DNA of 60,797 nt, filler included, from Sphacelaria rigidula (GCA_964200075.2; 5 parts of 5 records of this genome joined end to end with filler, not necessarily neighbours in it), one strand, 5' to 3'. Shown: positions 1-12,669, numbered from the whole stretch's first letter. Numbers and translations: made by a program. Notes: generated from the sequence alone by a model not told the origin.

Positions 1-80
1 GCTTTCAACCACGATCTGACTCGAAATTTCGAGCAACAAATGGCCCAAACTACCCCCCCCCCCCTATCGTAGGATGACTC
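1..80. mobile_element. Terminal part of MITE family B (TIR GAGTCATCCTACGATAGGGG)
   Basis: 1-80 is the approximate reverse complement of 15380-15465 and ends in the TIR CCCTATCGTAGGATGACTC. It is truncated by the contig start. Confidence 0.75.
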
Positions 81-81
81 T

Positions 82-2430
82 AGTGTTGAGGTGCGAGTCT
101 CCTAGTATCACGTCCATCTTGGCTACTCATGCCTTTTTGTTTCCGAATACGTTATCTATGTGTGCATCGGAAGAACAGTCGTTTGCTATCTCTACGCCAA
201 GGTATGTATACTGATCTACGATCCGCAATTCCTCTTATTCCCACTTCCGTTTGAATTATAACGGGTTCCCCATGTCTTGGTTACATACCACTACCATGCA
301 TTGTTGATATTGACCGTCACTCTCCATTCCTAGTGTACCCTGGTGCCTTCTCGATTTGTTTTTACAATCCTTCTTGTGCTCCAATATCTCCGCGAAATCG
401 TTCGCGAGCATCAGTGCCGACATCGCAGCCTTCCGTACCTTGACTCCTTGCTTTGTTGCTATTACAGCTACTATCATGTCATCATTATATGCCTCGAGTG
501 AGGGTGGTAACGTACATCTTTTGCCACTCCTCGTAGGACACTTTCTACGATAGCCCCCCCCCCCCAAACCAGCTAAAATTGTCACGAAAAAAATGGCCGG
601 GCAGCGCCTGATGTTCGGGTCCAGGCTGCATGAAGCGCCTCATATTGGCAACACTGGCTAGAGCGAACCCAAGCGTGGGAATTCCCAGCTTCTCATTGTG
701 CTCGGCCTTTCCCATTTCGATTTACGTGAAGACTTTGCCTCCCAAAACCATGCACTTTTTGGGGGGGGCTATCGTAGAAAGTGTCGTGGCTGATTAACAT
801 ATTTCGAAATTTCCCCATCTAGCATCATAGCATATCTCGCATAGTCTGTCATTCTTTTCGCCATTATCGGCATCTTTCGACAGACCCCATTTTCCCACAT
901 CATGGTCCACAGTCCATTCCTCCTTACTGTGCCATAGGGGTCTTTCACATCTATGAAGAAGCAGTAAATTGTTAGCCCCGCGTCTTTCGTACCTTGAACA
1001 ACCTCACGCCATGTGTACACATGGTCTATGCAGTTATGGCTTGTTGTCAACCGTGCTTGCCCCACGCTGATTTTTTCTTCTTTGTCCAGTATCGTTCCCA
1101 CTCTATCATTCAAATCTTACCTCCCCCGTCTAGTAGCGTTATCCCTCTATGATTCGCTGGGTCAGGCTTGTATGTTTTCCTGAAGATGTATACTACTACT
1201 GTTTCTCTTCACATCTTGGGTGTGTACTCGTTTTCCCGGATTCAATTACACAACATAACCATCATGGTAATCATCCTCTTTCCCTCGCACTTCGTAACTT
1301 CATTCAGTGTTCCGTTTGCTCCTGCCGCCTTTTTATTCACACCAGTTAGCTACACGCTCATTTACTTCCTCTCTTTTCACGCTCTCTCTGGAAATCTTTC
1401 GAGCCCCTATCTTCCCGTTTTGAGTTCTTCACGATTGCCTCTGCCCATGCGTTGGTTTATCGAATTCCTCGTCGAACCTCCAGTTAGTTGTTGGTGTTCC
1501 TGGGTATCGGCAACTCTCTCCTAGTACTCCCCTTCTCCTTTTCGAACTACTTACCATTTTACCGTTCTGTACTGTAAGCCTGGCTAGTCCCTTGTCTGCT
1601 TTTCCTGCCTGTTGGTCCAGTATCCGTTTTATCCCTGCGCACACTGCGCTATCCCGCCATCAAAGTCTTTATTGGTTATATTTGCTACCTCTTTCTATAT
1701 CCCCCTTTTCCCCTTCTCTAGCATTCTGTTCACCTTTGTTTTTGGCCAAAGCATACTCCTCCCAATCTACCGCTGTTTCACTCGATGTGCATCTCTCGTG
1801 GGCCTCCGCCCTTACTTTTGCAGTCTCTATTACGTCGTAGTTACACCATTTTGCTGCTCTGTTGCATACTATCAGTTTCTTTCCTATGACTTTATGTGCT
1901 GTGGTCTTGACTAATACCTCCGATCCTTCTACAACTTTGGCTCCTGCCCGATCCGTTTCTATTTCGTTCTCAGCTGTACCTACGCTTTCATCGACTCCGA
2001 AACGTTTACTGCATTTATTTAATCTCTTCGTGGTACTTTGCTGTTATTTATTTAGTTCAATAATATTTTGTCTCTTTTCCGGTTGTCTAGGTTCCTTCCC
2101 CGCCTGTTTTTATAGCTCTCGTTCGTTGGCTGTCTGCCACGTGAGGCAGTGATCCGTAGCTCCTATGTCGGCTGCGCGCACATGTACTTCCGTTTCCTTG
2201 CTATTTCCAAATGATAGTACTATGTCGTCAAGGATGGAGCTGTGCATTCGTCGTATTGGTTGTCTAGTCCCTGCCGGATCTGGATGTTTGAATATATTGC
2301 TTAACGTCTTCATATCGTTGTTCTCGGGGACCTTCAACAACTCTACTCCATTTGTATCCTCCATTTTCCCATAATTGCCCAACGTTATACTTTGGTTGGC
2401 ATGTCTTTGCAATTCCTCCACAAATGGTTT
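82..2430 (-). mobile_element. Degenerate LINE (non-LTR retrotransposon): APE endonuclease and RT remnants
   Basis: Minus-strand fragments: NGVELLK..DDIVL..ADIGATDHCL (APE end), CIDHVYT..YCFFIDVKDPYGTVRR (RT), LMLANDF (LFADD-like), IVDQYTYLGVEI, MDVILGDSHLNT. Many stops and frameshifts. Confidence 0.85.
539..783. mobile_element. MITE family A inserted in the LINE RT (TIR CACTTTCTACGATAGCCCCCCCC)
   Basis: Terminal inverted repeats at 539-561 and 761-783. It splits the RT reading (ISKYVN | RGVAK). A second copy at 48720-48823 confirms the CACTTT terminus. Confidence 0.85.
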
Positions 2431-2899
2431 CAGTCAATACTGCGTCTCCTTGCCATTTATACCTCTGTGCATCTGCGTCATGAAGAGTGTGGGCAGGGGG
2501 TGCATGATGGCACCAGGAACAAAAGAGCTTCCGTCCCTGGGGGTTGGGTTCTACCGTGTATTCAAGAGGGATATCTACCGTTTTGGCCGATACCATGGAA
2601 ATGGCAATACATTTGCATTGTATTAAAGTGCTTCTGAGATAACCAGAACATGAAGAAAACAAAGAAATGGAGAATATGTTCTTGCTTCGGAATTTGATGA
2701 ACGGATTGCCTGCCGAACAGGATCACGCGGGTGGCATCTGTAGTTTTCGCGTGTCGCACACGAATGCCGATGAATCTTGACACACCAATGTGTCCACATG
2801 ATGTGTAAGTGATGAAGTATTTATCTCCGACCTCTCCAATCTCCCCACCTGGGGATGAATTCGCTCTCCCCCCTCCTCAAACGTGATGAGGGTGGTATC

Positions 2900-3745
2900 C
2901 ACCGTTTTCGCTTGTCATACAGGTATTTACACACAAATGGCGATGCTCCTGAACACGCGGCAGGCACTGACAGAACATGTCCATCCACTATTATTTGTCA
3001 ATAAACTCTTCCACCTCCCTTCCGCTCTCCTGGGGATGAAACCAAGGCGTTACCTTCCCGAATAATCTCAGTGGGCAGGGTGTGTGATCCGACTAGCGAG
3101 CCACTTACTGCTGGACAACAGTGAATCTGAACATGTGACCGGCATCAGTCGAGAGCTTACAATCTACCCTGACTAGGTACACCTTCCGTTTCTCTCTTAA
3201 CGACACTGTAGACACCCCGGGGAAGATTCCATTCCATAACCTCCCCATGTGCGTGCAGGAATTAAAATGCATCGATGGGGCTCGTGCCATACGAATAGCG
3301 AGGCCATTGAACACGCGGAAAGCATCGTTCGGACGTACTCACCGTACCGTACTGCTGTATAAGCCTTGCACCCTCCCCCCGCCCCTCCTCCGAGAGGATG
3401 AAATGGACGCATCCCGTCCCCCAACAGTGTCAGCAGGGAGGGGGAGGTATCCGACGTGTGAGCAGTTTGCAGCGGGATAACAATGAATCCGACCACATGA
3501 GGGCGCCAATAGGAAGCCTACACTCTACCTCAACTAGTAATACCTTCCGTATCTTTCAACGGGACTAAATACACCCTGAGGAAGAGGTCATCCCATCCCC
3601 TCCTTTCCGATGTGCTAGAATCATAATATACCATCTGGGCCTGCTACAAGCGAATGGCGATGCCCCTGAACACGCGAGTGGTCACTAGAGTATATGCATC
3701 CTAATTGATGATTCGAGACCGACCCCGCCTCTCCCCTCCGTGACG
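2900..3745. repeat. Degenerate tandem repeat, unit about 360 bp, about 2.5 copies
   Basis: TGAACACGCG recurs at about 2951, 3308 and 3667. 3151-3240 aligns by eye with 3513-3598. Confidence 0.6.
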
Positions 3746-4614
3746 ATTCGCACCTAGATCCTAGGAATAATATATATATTCTGATTCATGTGATTGTACC
3801 GACGCTGGCTTATGCAGGAGAAGTATGCGAGGGGAACGCGAGGTTGGTGAAGCCGGAAACCGTACAGATGACAGCAGCTAAAACAATACACGTGGATGTT
3901 CGGAAACGACATGTAATACAGCCTTAAGAGCAGAGTTGAAATTGTACTCACTTGAAACAAATAGAGGCATGAAAAGGCGAAAATTGCAATGTAGCGTAAG
4001 GAATATGCTAAGAAAGAGATTGTCAACTCCAGTTGGTAGGGCCGTACGCAATAAAATGACGAAAGGGTAGGCTGGAATGAGGTGGGATAGAGCGGTCAAG
4101 AAATTACGGAAGGGCATAGGAGGAAACAGACAAAATGATGTCCATAGATGAATGTAGCGGGTACAAGACGGAAGTAAGAGACATGTTAAAACTAAGGAGG
4201 AAAAAACGCTACGGCGGAAAGTAGACGAGGAAAAACACGTGAAGACATACGGGGGGTTGAAGGGATAGGAGTGAAAACATATCTGCATGGCCCAGAGGCC
4301 TCGGCGACGAAATTAAAACTCTGATTTCGGTCGAGAGACCTGGACCTGCTACGAAGAAGGAAGAGTTATACCAGCTGCCGAGGGGTGAAGGAAATCGATG
4401 GACAAAATTACCCCTGTGGCAAAGCAATAGAGTAGGCATCTTAAAGGAGAATGTAAACTGTACAAGGAGGGATGCGACGTGTTGGACAGAGAAATCCGAA
4501 AAGTACACAGAGGTGGCAAGAAACCGTTTGATGCATTAGACAGTAGTGAGATAAGGATGTCCACACTAAGAGATAGGTGACCCCAGACGACGATTCAGGA
4601 AGGGGATAAGATAT

Positions 4615-5024
4615 TGTGCAGATTATGTGTTGGACATAGATCTCATACGTAGGTTCTCAGGCATGTAGTTAACCAGCCTGGTAGGAGCCAGTGCGGTTCA
4701 GTACGAAGTATCAAGAGGAACGGTCTGCGAACCAGTACTGTAGCCGGTGCTCAGTCTAGCCAGAACGGCTCCGAGGCTCCATATTGTAAGCTCTATAGTT
4801 GGGGTTCAGGGCTGAGATTCAGAGAGCAAAGGTTCAGATAGAGCTGTACACCAGCGGGAGACGTCTGAATGGATAATGGAAAGCACGGCGATGCAGCGCC
4901 CCACTCGGGTACATCGTCTGTTCAACCCATTAAGGTCTCTCGTGACAATTGCCTTGCTCCGCTATAAAACGGTGCACTGCGAGGAGGTGCACCACGGCCA
5001 CACCAAACACCTCACAAGTGCACA
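4615..5024 (+). repeat. 5' LTR
   Basis: Direct repeat of 8323-8732 with two visible substitutions. Confidence 0.97.
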
Positions 5025-5045
5025 GGTTCGTGAGCCTCGAGGAGT

Positions 5046-7720
5046 ATGGAGGCAGACCCACGCAAGTTGCCAGTCTGGACGGGCGCTCGTGGGCACTCGC
5101 GAGAAGCATGGGACGCATGGAGACTTTCCATCGATGGATACGCAGGGGGGAAGGGACTATACCCCCTGCTGCGACCGGATTACATCACACCGGCCTTTCC
5201 GACAGCGACCATAACACTCGATCAGCGTAGGGCGTACGAAACGCACCAACGCAATACACAGTCACTATGGTTTCTCCTGGCACAGGCTACGAAAGGGTCA
5301 GCCGCAGTCATCGTCGCACGATGCGAGCACGACGGCAACCCTGACGGCAAGGAAGCCTGACTAGAGATGGAACGATATATGGAGGATATGCACACGACAA
5401 GCGGCCTGTGCAATTACTTGCATTTGAACGAAGACTGCGGGATCTCCGATGCAATTCTGCAGAAGAATTCGCAGATTTTATGGTGAAGCTGGACACCATC
5501 TGGGGGGAATTCGAAGCGTATGGAAACGCCAAAGCCGACGAGACCAAGAGGGCAGCCCTTTTACTCGGGATCAAGGAGGCGCTTCCACAAGAATTCATCC
5601 AGCTCACAACCCAGTCAGGTATGACGCACGATGAGTTAAAACGGGCAGTCGTAGCATCATCAGCATATCTAACGTCCGACATGGAATGCCGCGATGAGGC
5701 AGTAGCTTTCCAATCGAGAAACGACGGCAATAAAACCGATCCCGGGCTCGATAGAAATAAATGCGCCTCCTGTTTGAAGCGAAATCATAGGTGGCGGGAG
5801 TATCGTTCTTACCTTAACGGCAAACCTCCAGCTGAACGACCGCCGGGGATGAGCCCCGCACGAACGTTTCCACCCCCTCCACAAAACGGCAGAAGTAATG
5901 GGAGGAGGCACAGACCGCAGGCATTCATGACGATGAAGGTGGTAGTCGAAGATGAGCGAGTAGTATACATGTGCACGTCAACGAACAGTGACACAGAGGT
6001 GTCGATTCTCTGCGACTCAGGAGCGAATGACCACATGACTCCCTGGAAACAAGATCTCAGAAATACACGTACGGTTAATCGAAGCTGTACATTCGGGAAT
6101 AAGGGGCAACTGCAGGCACTGGCGATGGGAGAGATACCATTGCACGTGGGTGCTCGGGGAAAGGTGACTCGGGCAAAGGTCACACGGAAGGACGTACTTT
6201 GGGTACCTGGACTACTTTTCCGGGTGCTGAGTACCGGAACGATTCGGCGTGCCGGAGGATAATGCGTGGATTCCAGCAGGAAGGAGAGATACCTTTGGTT
6301 CAGAAAGCATGGACCGAAGATCCCCCTAGCCGAGAATAGGGGGTTCCTGACCCTGTCGGCATCGCTACAGGGGGATGGCAAACATGTGGCGTCGGCGCAC
6401 GCTTCGTTCGCAAACAAGAAGCAGCGCCTCACATTGAAGAAGTGACACGACACCTTAGGACACATCGATCCGGCTGTCATAAAACATCTCGAGAAGCGTG
6501 GGCTGATCGATGTCACTGATACCACGGTGGCGTCCGAGATGCGCTGCAGCATCTGCAAGGAATGCAAGTCCGAGGTGCTCAGCTACGGCCGCGGCGGCAG
6601 GAGTCCCAAAGCACCAGGTGAAGTTGTGCACACTGATCTTGAAGGCCCTTTTCCACGCCGATGTCACGGGCATGAAATCTTTTCAGGTTTTCGTGGACGA
6701 GGCCAGTCGAGACAAGCGCGTTGTTGGACTCAAGACACGAGATGCGGCCACTGACGCCACGGGAGCCTACATCGACGAAATGGCCCGTCAGGGAGTGGCC
6801 ATCAAATGCATCAGCGGAGACGACGCTGGGGAACTTGGACGGTCAGTCAAATTTCAACGCATGCTGAACAATCGCGGCATCAAATGGCGCACCTCACTGC
6901 CAAGGACACCTCAGAGTAATGAGATTGCTGAACGTGCAAATTCAACAACTGATGAGGATAGCACGCAGCCAACTGGTGAAAGCGGGACGCGGAGAGGACT
7001 ACTGGTTCTTCGCTGTGACGAACACGGCGTTCAAGACAGCAGGGATGTCCCACGAGTACCTCGGGGGCGAGACCCCATGTAAGAGGCTCATAGGAAAGCC
7101 TTTCAACTACGACCGGCTTCGTACTTGGGGATCGGAGTGTTTCTTGCATCAGCACAAGCAGCAACGCGGCGCCGCTGCAAAGTTCCACCCATATGCGAAG
7201 CGGGGCATCTTGGTGGGGCACGATCGGCACTCTCTCTGCTGGTACGTATGGCTAATACAGGAATTAAAGCTTGTCAAGTCTTCACACATCGCGTTTGAAT
7301 CAGAGGCCAAGATCCTAGACATCGTGCGGGAGCTGAAGGCAGTCGAACTCAGTGATGACGAGGCCGAAGCATCGGAAGAAGAGAAAGCAGCGCCAATCGA
7401 CGGCGATGATGGCCCGGGTGGACAGCCACTTTAGGACCCGCCATCATCGAAGCGCTCTTCTGCAGATAGTGGACTGCGTACGTCCAGTCGACTGGCGCAA
7501 CGGCATTGAGGGGACAACGCACAGCAACGCTTTAGAAGTTCTGGCGATAGCAGTCCTGGTGACGGAAATTTCCTCGCCACCCTTCTACAAGGACAAAGGC
7601 GCATTCTGCATGCTCGGGGGCGGAATCGTCACTGGACCACAGGAACCGTCGACAGCGAAAGAAGCTCCGGCAGAACCTGATGCTGACAGATGGACAGTGA
7701 TCATGGAAGAGGAGATCCAA
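5046..7720 (+). pseudogene. Disrupted copia gag-protease-integrase (pol without the RT core)
   Basis: Gag helices, protease ILCDSGANDHM, HDTLGH..CSIC zinc motif, integrase VHTDLEGP / FVDEASR / PQSNEIAER, SH3-like WGSECF..KRGILVGHD, and EPSTAKEA pre-RT linker. Stops at about 5358, 6260 and 6443, plus frameshifts. Confidence 0.9.
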
Positions 7721-8322
7721 CGGAAGGGCAACGAGCCTCACAGCCGAGAGGCCGGTGAACCGCTGGGACCACGGGGGCCACCGGCGGCGCCTGTAACCCG
7801 TGCGACTCCAAGCGCAGACGAGCGCTCCGACGGCCTATAGACCAACGCATCACACACAAGAAACGAGCAGCAGGTCGGACTGGAGGATCAAGCCTCCTCA
7901 TACGGAGATGATCGTGGACAAGACCGAATCACCGAACCGCCGGAGACGCTGGTCGATAACGAAGGAGCGAAGCTCGAGAAATTGTTCGTGCCGAGCGCGG
8001 ACGGCTCTGGCCTTGGCCATGAAGCGAAGCCACGACCCGCGGTGAGGGAAACGACAAAGACAATGGATGGACCACCCGAGGGTGCGGGATGCATGCCGAG
8101 CAAGGACAACCTCACACACAGCCAACATATGTTCAAGTTGCCGTTCTCGACGAAAGATGTCAAAACAGAAAAGGCGCCGGAAGTCGGGAGGAGTCCGGAG
8201 GGTCCTGGTCCACCACGTGGCTTCTATGGCATTCAATGAAAATATTCGTTTGCTTTGTATCTAGTACGCTGGGTGTGATCGTATTAGCTCTCTGGTGTTA
8301 CCGCTGTACGATCATGGGGGAG

Positions 8323-8732
8323 TGTGCAGATTATGTATTGGACATAGATCTCATACGTAGGTTCTCAGGCATGTAGTTAACCAGCCTGGTAGGAGCCAGT
8401 GCGATTCAGTACGAAGTATCAAGAGGAACGGTCTGCGAACCAGTACTGTAGCCGGTGCTCAGTCTAGCCAGAACGGCTCCGAGGCTCCATATTGTAAGCT
8501 CTATAGTTGGGGTTCAGGGCTGAGATTCAGAGAGCAAAGGTTCAGATAGAGCTGTACACCAGCGGGAGACGTCTGAATGGATAATGGAAAGCACGGCGAT
8601 GCAGCGCCCCACTCGGGTACATCGTCTGTTCAACCCATTAAGGTCTCTCGTGACAATTGCCTTGCTCCGCTATAAAACGGTGCACTGCGAGGAGGTGCAC
8701 CACGGCCACACCAAACACCTCACAAGTGCACA
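8323..8732 (+). repeat. 3' LTR
   Basis: Direct repeat of 4615-5024, followed by TSD GATAT. Confidence 0.97.
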
Positions 8733-9933
8733 GATATGTGAAAGGTTTGTGCGTAATATATCGAAGAAACGTAGTGAACACCCAAACGTCGGAGGTGTCT
8801 CTATAAGGAGAACAAACAGTGCTCCGTCTCGCAAGGGATGCGTGGCCATTGGTCAAACGACTATGGAAAACAATAAATAAGTACGCCCCACTCCCCTCTC
8901 CATGACGAGTAGACGAGGACACCTCCACAAACACCCTCACCTGGGAGGGTGTCCTTGAGTGATGCCACGGTAGGGGTGCACTGTTCAGTCCAAACGTTTT
9001 CTGAGACTGCACGCTGCACACTGAGGCCCGAACATTCGTCATGGAGAGGCACCTACAGGAAAGAGCCCAAGAAAAACATTATGTGCACCCCTACCGTGTC
9101 ATTGCTCCCTGTGACGTACTGCCCGTCTACGGCCAGACTATGTGATGCTTCTGAACGCATGGGAGGAATCGCCCTAATACCGACACCCTGTTGTATACCC
9201 GGAAGACACTCAGAAATACAACCGTTTGCTTACGGCAGGACAAAACGGTGGATACCGCCCCCAGAGACGACTATTTATGCAACCCCGGAAACACCGTGGG
9301 TCCAAGCTCCATATAAGACATCACCCACGTAGTTCAAATGTTTTTAGTATATAGTCTTACGTGCCATGCCCAAATTTCGCCCCTCGATTAGGTCTTGAAA
9401 GTACTAAAAATGCTGAAAGTACGGAAAGAGCCGGAACAAAATCGGGGCAACGTCAGCCCACAAGCTATTGATATCCGAACGAATTGGTCAGGATCCGGTC
9501 CGAGTGATGGAACTCCACTTGGCGTTTGTGGAGCCTGACTCGACGCAAACTTTGACAAACGTCATCAATATCCTCACGAATTCGATAGTGTAGATGCGAT
9601 TTCCGGATTGTCTTTTTCCACGGCGTATCTTGAATACCCCGGATTGACAATGTTGGATGTGAATTGGTCAGTCTCAGGTAGTAGGGGGGTTATATCGTGA
9701 AAAATACTTGAGGTTCGGCGTCTCCGCAAAACACTCCGTCGAACAATATCCTGCACCTCGATTTGGGCTGGATTGGGAACGCGAAACCGCGGCCTGCCGG
9801 AAGTGCCTCGTGATTGGTGGAGCACTGCTGGTGCAGCAGTCAAACCAAGATATCTTCACGTGATTCTATAACTCAAGCAAGCTCGACCATCAATGTGCAC
9901 CCTCGCTCGTGTTCCCAATGAACATGCGTTTAG

Positions 9934-11829
9934 GTGACAGCGGCGAGTCGACTCTACAATGCAACGTTGACGTCGCTGTATCCGGGGACGCGGTCGTGTT
10001 GGATGAGGCTCTGGTCGCCGACGACGGTTTCACGTGCTCCGCTGTCTACGTCGTCACAGCCGACGACGTCAACAACCTCGAGCGAGACAGCACTGTGACC
10101 GCTTCCGCCAAGGACGTGTACGGCTATGAGGTGTCGGACTCAGATGCGGAGGTGGTGGATTTGCACCAGGTGAAATACAAAGAAGCACGATCTGAACACA
10201 TTGTGCCCCTTGCGAAGGCCACCAGGCTGGGGGTTCGTGGTATATGGTTGATGGTGTGTAGAAAGGGTATCACCCAATCCCGATGGGCGTGTTTTGTGAC
10301 GGCCAGGAGTGTGCACACCCGAGGCAAAAAACGTACATGGGCGGAGACAAGGCGTGCATACTTCTGGTCCACACGCCTGTCATTGTCAAGTCCGTGATGG
10401 GTTGCAATCCCGCAAGACAATCGCATACCACGACAAGTTCTGTTTGTGTGGTAAAGTGTGCACGTATAAGCTGTACTGCAGTCGTGTGTGAGATAGCCGC
10501 TCCTTACACCCCAGGCGCTGCCGATGGCCATGCTCTCCCCGCCTCCGTATCGTGTTGATTTCAGGTCGGCAGCGTCCGGCTCTCGGTGACGCCGACCTAC
10601 TCCGGAGACACTGCGTCTACGACCGACGACGAGGTCGGCTACACTTATACTATTACCAACAACGGTCTGTTGAGCCTGTACGGTATCGAGATAGCGGTGG
10701 ACGGTCTGGCAGCGAACGGGGTATCCGTCACCTGTGGCGACGTCGGTGGCGGTTTTGTTGAAGGGGAGGCTCCTGGGAGTGTCACGGGGCTAGCCGCTTA
10801 CCCTGACAATGGTCTATCCCCTGCCGCATCTCTTACGTGCACGGCGACGGACAAAGTGTCTCAAGCAGAGGTGAGGTGTCGTTCGGCAGCGGACACCTGA
10901 AGCAATAGTAGGCACAGCTTTATATGAGCACAGTGGCCGTGTGGCACACAGTCGGGAAGTGTATCTCGACGTGCTTGTATTAGCTTACAGCGCGGACTTG
11001 TGGTGTTCGATGCAGATTCCATGATCACGCGTGCAAATGCATGGCGGCACGTAGGGGAAGCATATCAGGCGCTCCCCGTTTGTTCTCACCACCGTGCGGA
11101 TCGATGCTTGCGTTTGACTCAGATTAATGCTGGGATAAAGGCAGATTCAGCGGCAGTGAAAACATTTCACGAGAGCGATGCCGGCGAGTTGAGCAATGAG
11201 CCCGTTGTTGATGACGCAGGCTCTAGCGTTCTTCTGAATCAGGTGACAGTGCGTGTGTTGGGATTTGAGTGGAGGGCATCTCGACAGCCACAGGCAGACT
11301 GGGGCGATCTGCAGCGTGTGTGGTCGGAGATGGACACGGTGGCATGTTGCTTGCTGTCCGTGGGCTATGTAGTGCTGATGTAATATTTGTTTGTGGTGTC
11401 AAATATCGTGTGGCAGGCGAGGGAGCGACGTTCAACGGGGTCGAGTATATCGGGCAAGGTTTTGAGTGAAGGAGTGTGTTCGGTTGACAGCGTACCTCCA
11501 CCGATGGCATGTTCCTCACTGCAGCGATAGGAACACATATCGGTTGCCTTACGAACAACGAGACCGTAGGCACTTTCCCGGCGGTCCAGTGACAAGCCGG
11601 TCACATGGGTTGATTTTGTAGCGTGGAGTTTGATTCGCGTGCCCGCCGCTGCGCCTGCAGGAACCTGGGGTCGAGGTGACGCAAAGCTCGAGTCACCACC
11701 CGGTCGACGATGTGAACGGTTCGGCCGCAGTGGATGAGACGATCGGGTTCAATGTGACTTCGACAAACACTGGGAATGTGGAGATCACGGGCGGTGGCAT
11801 CTCCAACGCACTGTTCAGGCATGATGACG
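9934..11829 (+). CDS. Partial gene for a repeat-containing Ig-like protein (DUF7507/DUF11-type); exons 9934-10169, 10565-10870, 11123-11242, 11661-11829
   Basis: AG/GT-bounded, phase-compatible exons. Peptides FTCSAVYVVTADDVNNLERDSTVTASAKD, VGYTYTITNNGLLSL, LTCTATDKVSQAE|INAG and DETIGFNVTSTNTGNVEI match the YTFTVTNTGNV / TYTVTQAD repeat pattern. Both ends are missing. Confidence 0.8.
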
Positions 11830-12081
11830 GTGAGTGAACATGCTGCTGCTGAGTAAAGGAGTATGTAGTTGTCTTGCGCCTGGCGGAATGCGACGCACCT
11901 CGACGACGACGGCGTTCTAGAATTGCGATGACGGGAAGCCATTTGAGCAGGCGTCGCCCACGCGGGTCGAGAGTGCTGTTGTCTCATATGATGTGGAGAC
12001 CACAGAGGGACAAACCCACCCGTAAACAACAAATTGTGCGAATTGAGGTTTAACTCCGAAATGAGGTTCAAGCCTAAAACA

Positions 12082-12181
12082 NNNNNNNNNNNNNNNNNNN
12101 NNNNNNNNNNNNNNNNNNNNNNNNNTTAATTAATTAANNNNNNNNNNNNNNNNNNNNNNNNNNNNNNNNNNNNNNNNNNNN
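12082..12181. other. Artificial 100-nt spacer (N-TTAATTAATTAA-N)
   Basis: N run with an all-frame stop linker. Confidence 0.99.
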
Positions 12182-12259
12182 ATGGCATGCATGATCATGA
12201 GTACACCCCCCCCCAGTGCCCTAGTTAGTGTTAGTCTATGTTATCGGGCGATATATAAG

Positions 12260-12570
12260 TAGATACCCCGTTTATCAGCAGAGTGTTATTGACCGTAAAA
12301 CACAGTCATTGGGCTCTAGTGCAATAAGTATGTACGAGTCGAAAAAAAACAAGTATTTTCACTTTTTCACACATACGATCGGGACAGGCTCGATCGACCG
12401 AAAATACCGAAGAGTCAGAATCTGGGCTGAAAAATGGTAAGACCCCCGATGACCGATCACCCCGTAAGTCACTCAATACCGAGTACAGACGATTTTTTCT
12501 TGAAATGTGCAGCGGATACTACTATCTTCTGGTCCCCAATGTGATGAGCGGCGGCAAGCGAAAGAACCAA
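12260..12570 (+). repeat. Dispersed repeat (related copies at about 17975-18310 and 24400-24740)
   Basis: Shared blocks ACCCCGTTTATCAG, ACCGAAAATACCGAA and GATGAGCGG(C/T)GGCA. Confidence 0.65.
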
Positions 12571-12669
12571 AAAAATCAGCAATCAGAAAGAAATCACCAT
12601 ATTTTTCACACCGAACGTTGAGTACTGTAGACATGCAAACGCGAGGAAGGACATAGAAGATAACATACG

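Larger units (their letters stand above)
4615..8732 (+). mobile_element. Ty1/copia LTR retrotransposon, internally deleted and non-autonomous
   Basis: 410-bp LTRs TG...CA at 4615-5024 and 8323-8732; 5-bp TSD GATAT at 4610-4614 and 8733-8737; PBS-like GGTTCGTGAGCC after the 5' LTR; PPT-like GGGGGAG before the 3' LTR; gag-PR-IN order. Confidence 0.97.
3745..8884 (+). mobile_element. 3' fragment of a LINE (post-RT and Cys/His region), split by the copia insertion (parts 3745-4614 and 8733-8884)
   Basis: DSHLD..LIHVIVPTLAYAGEVCEGNA..ETVQMTAAK..NTALRAEL..KTYLHGP..PCGKAIE..HLKGECKLY. The sequence resumes after the copia 3' LTR and ends in AATAAATAA. Confidence 0.75.

Noticed and set aside
4876-5214. 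MESTAMQRP ORFs at 4876 and 8584 as a duplicated gene
   Set aside because: Both simply start within the LTRs.
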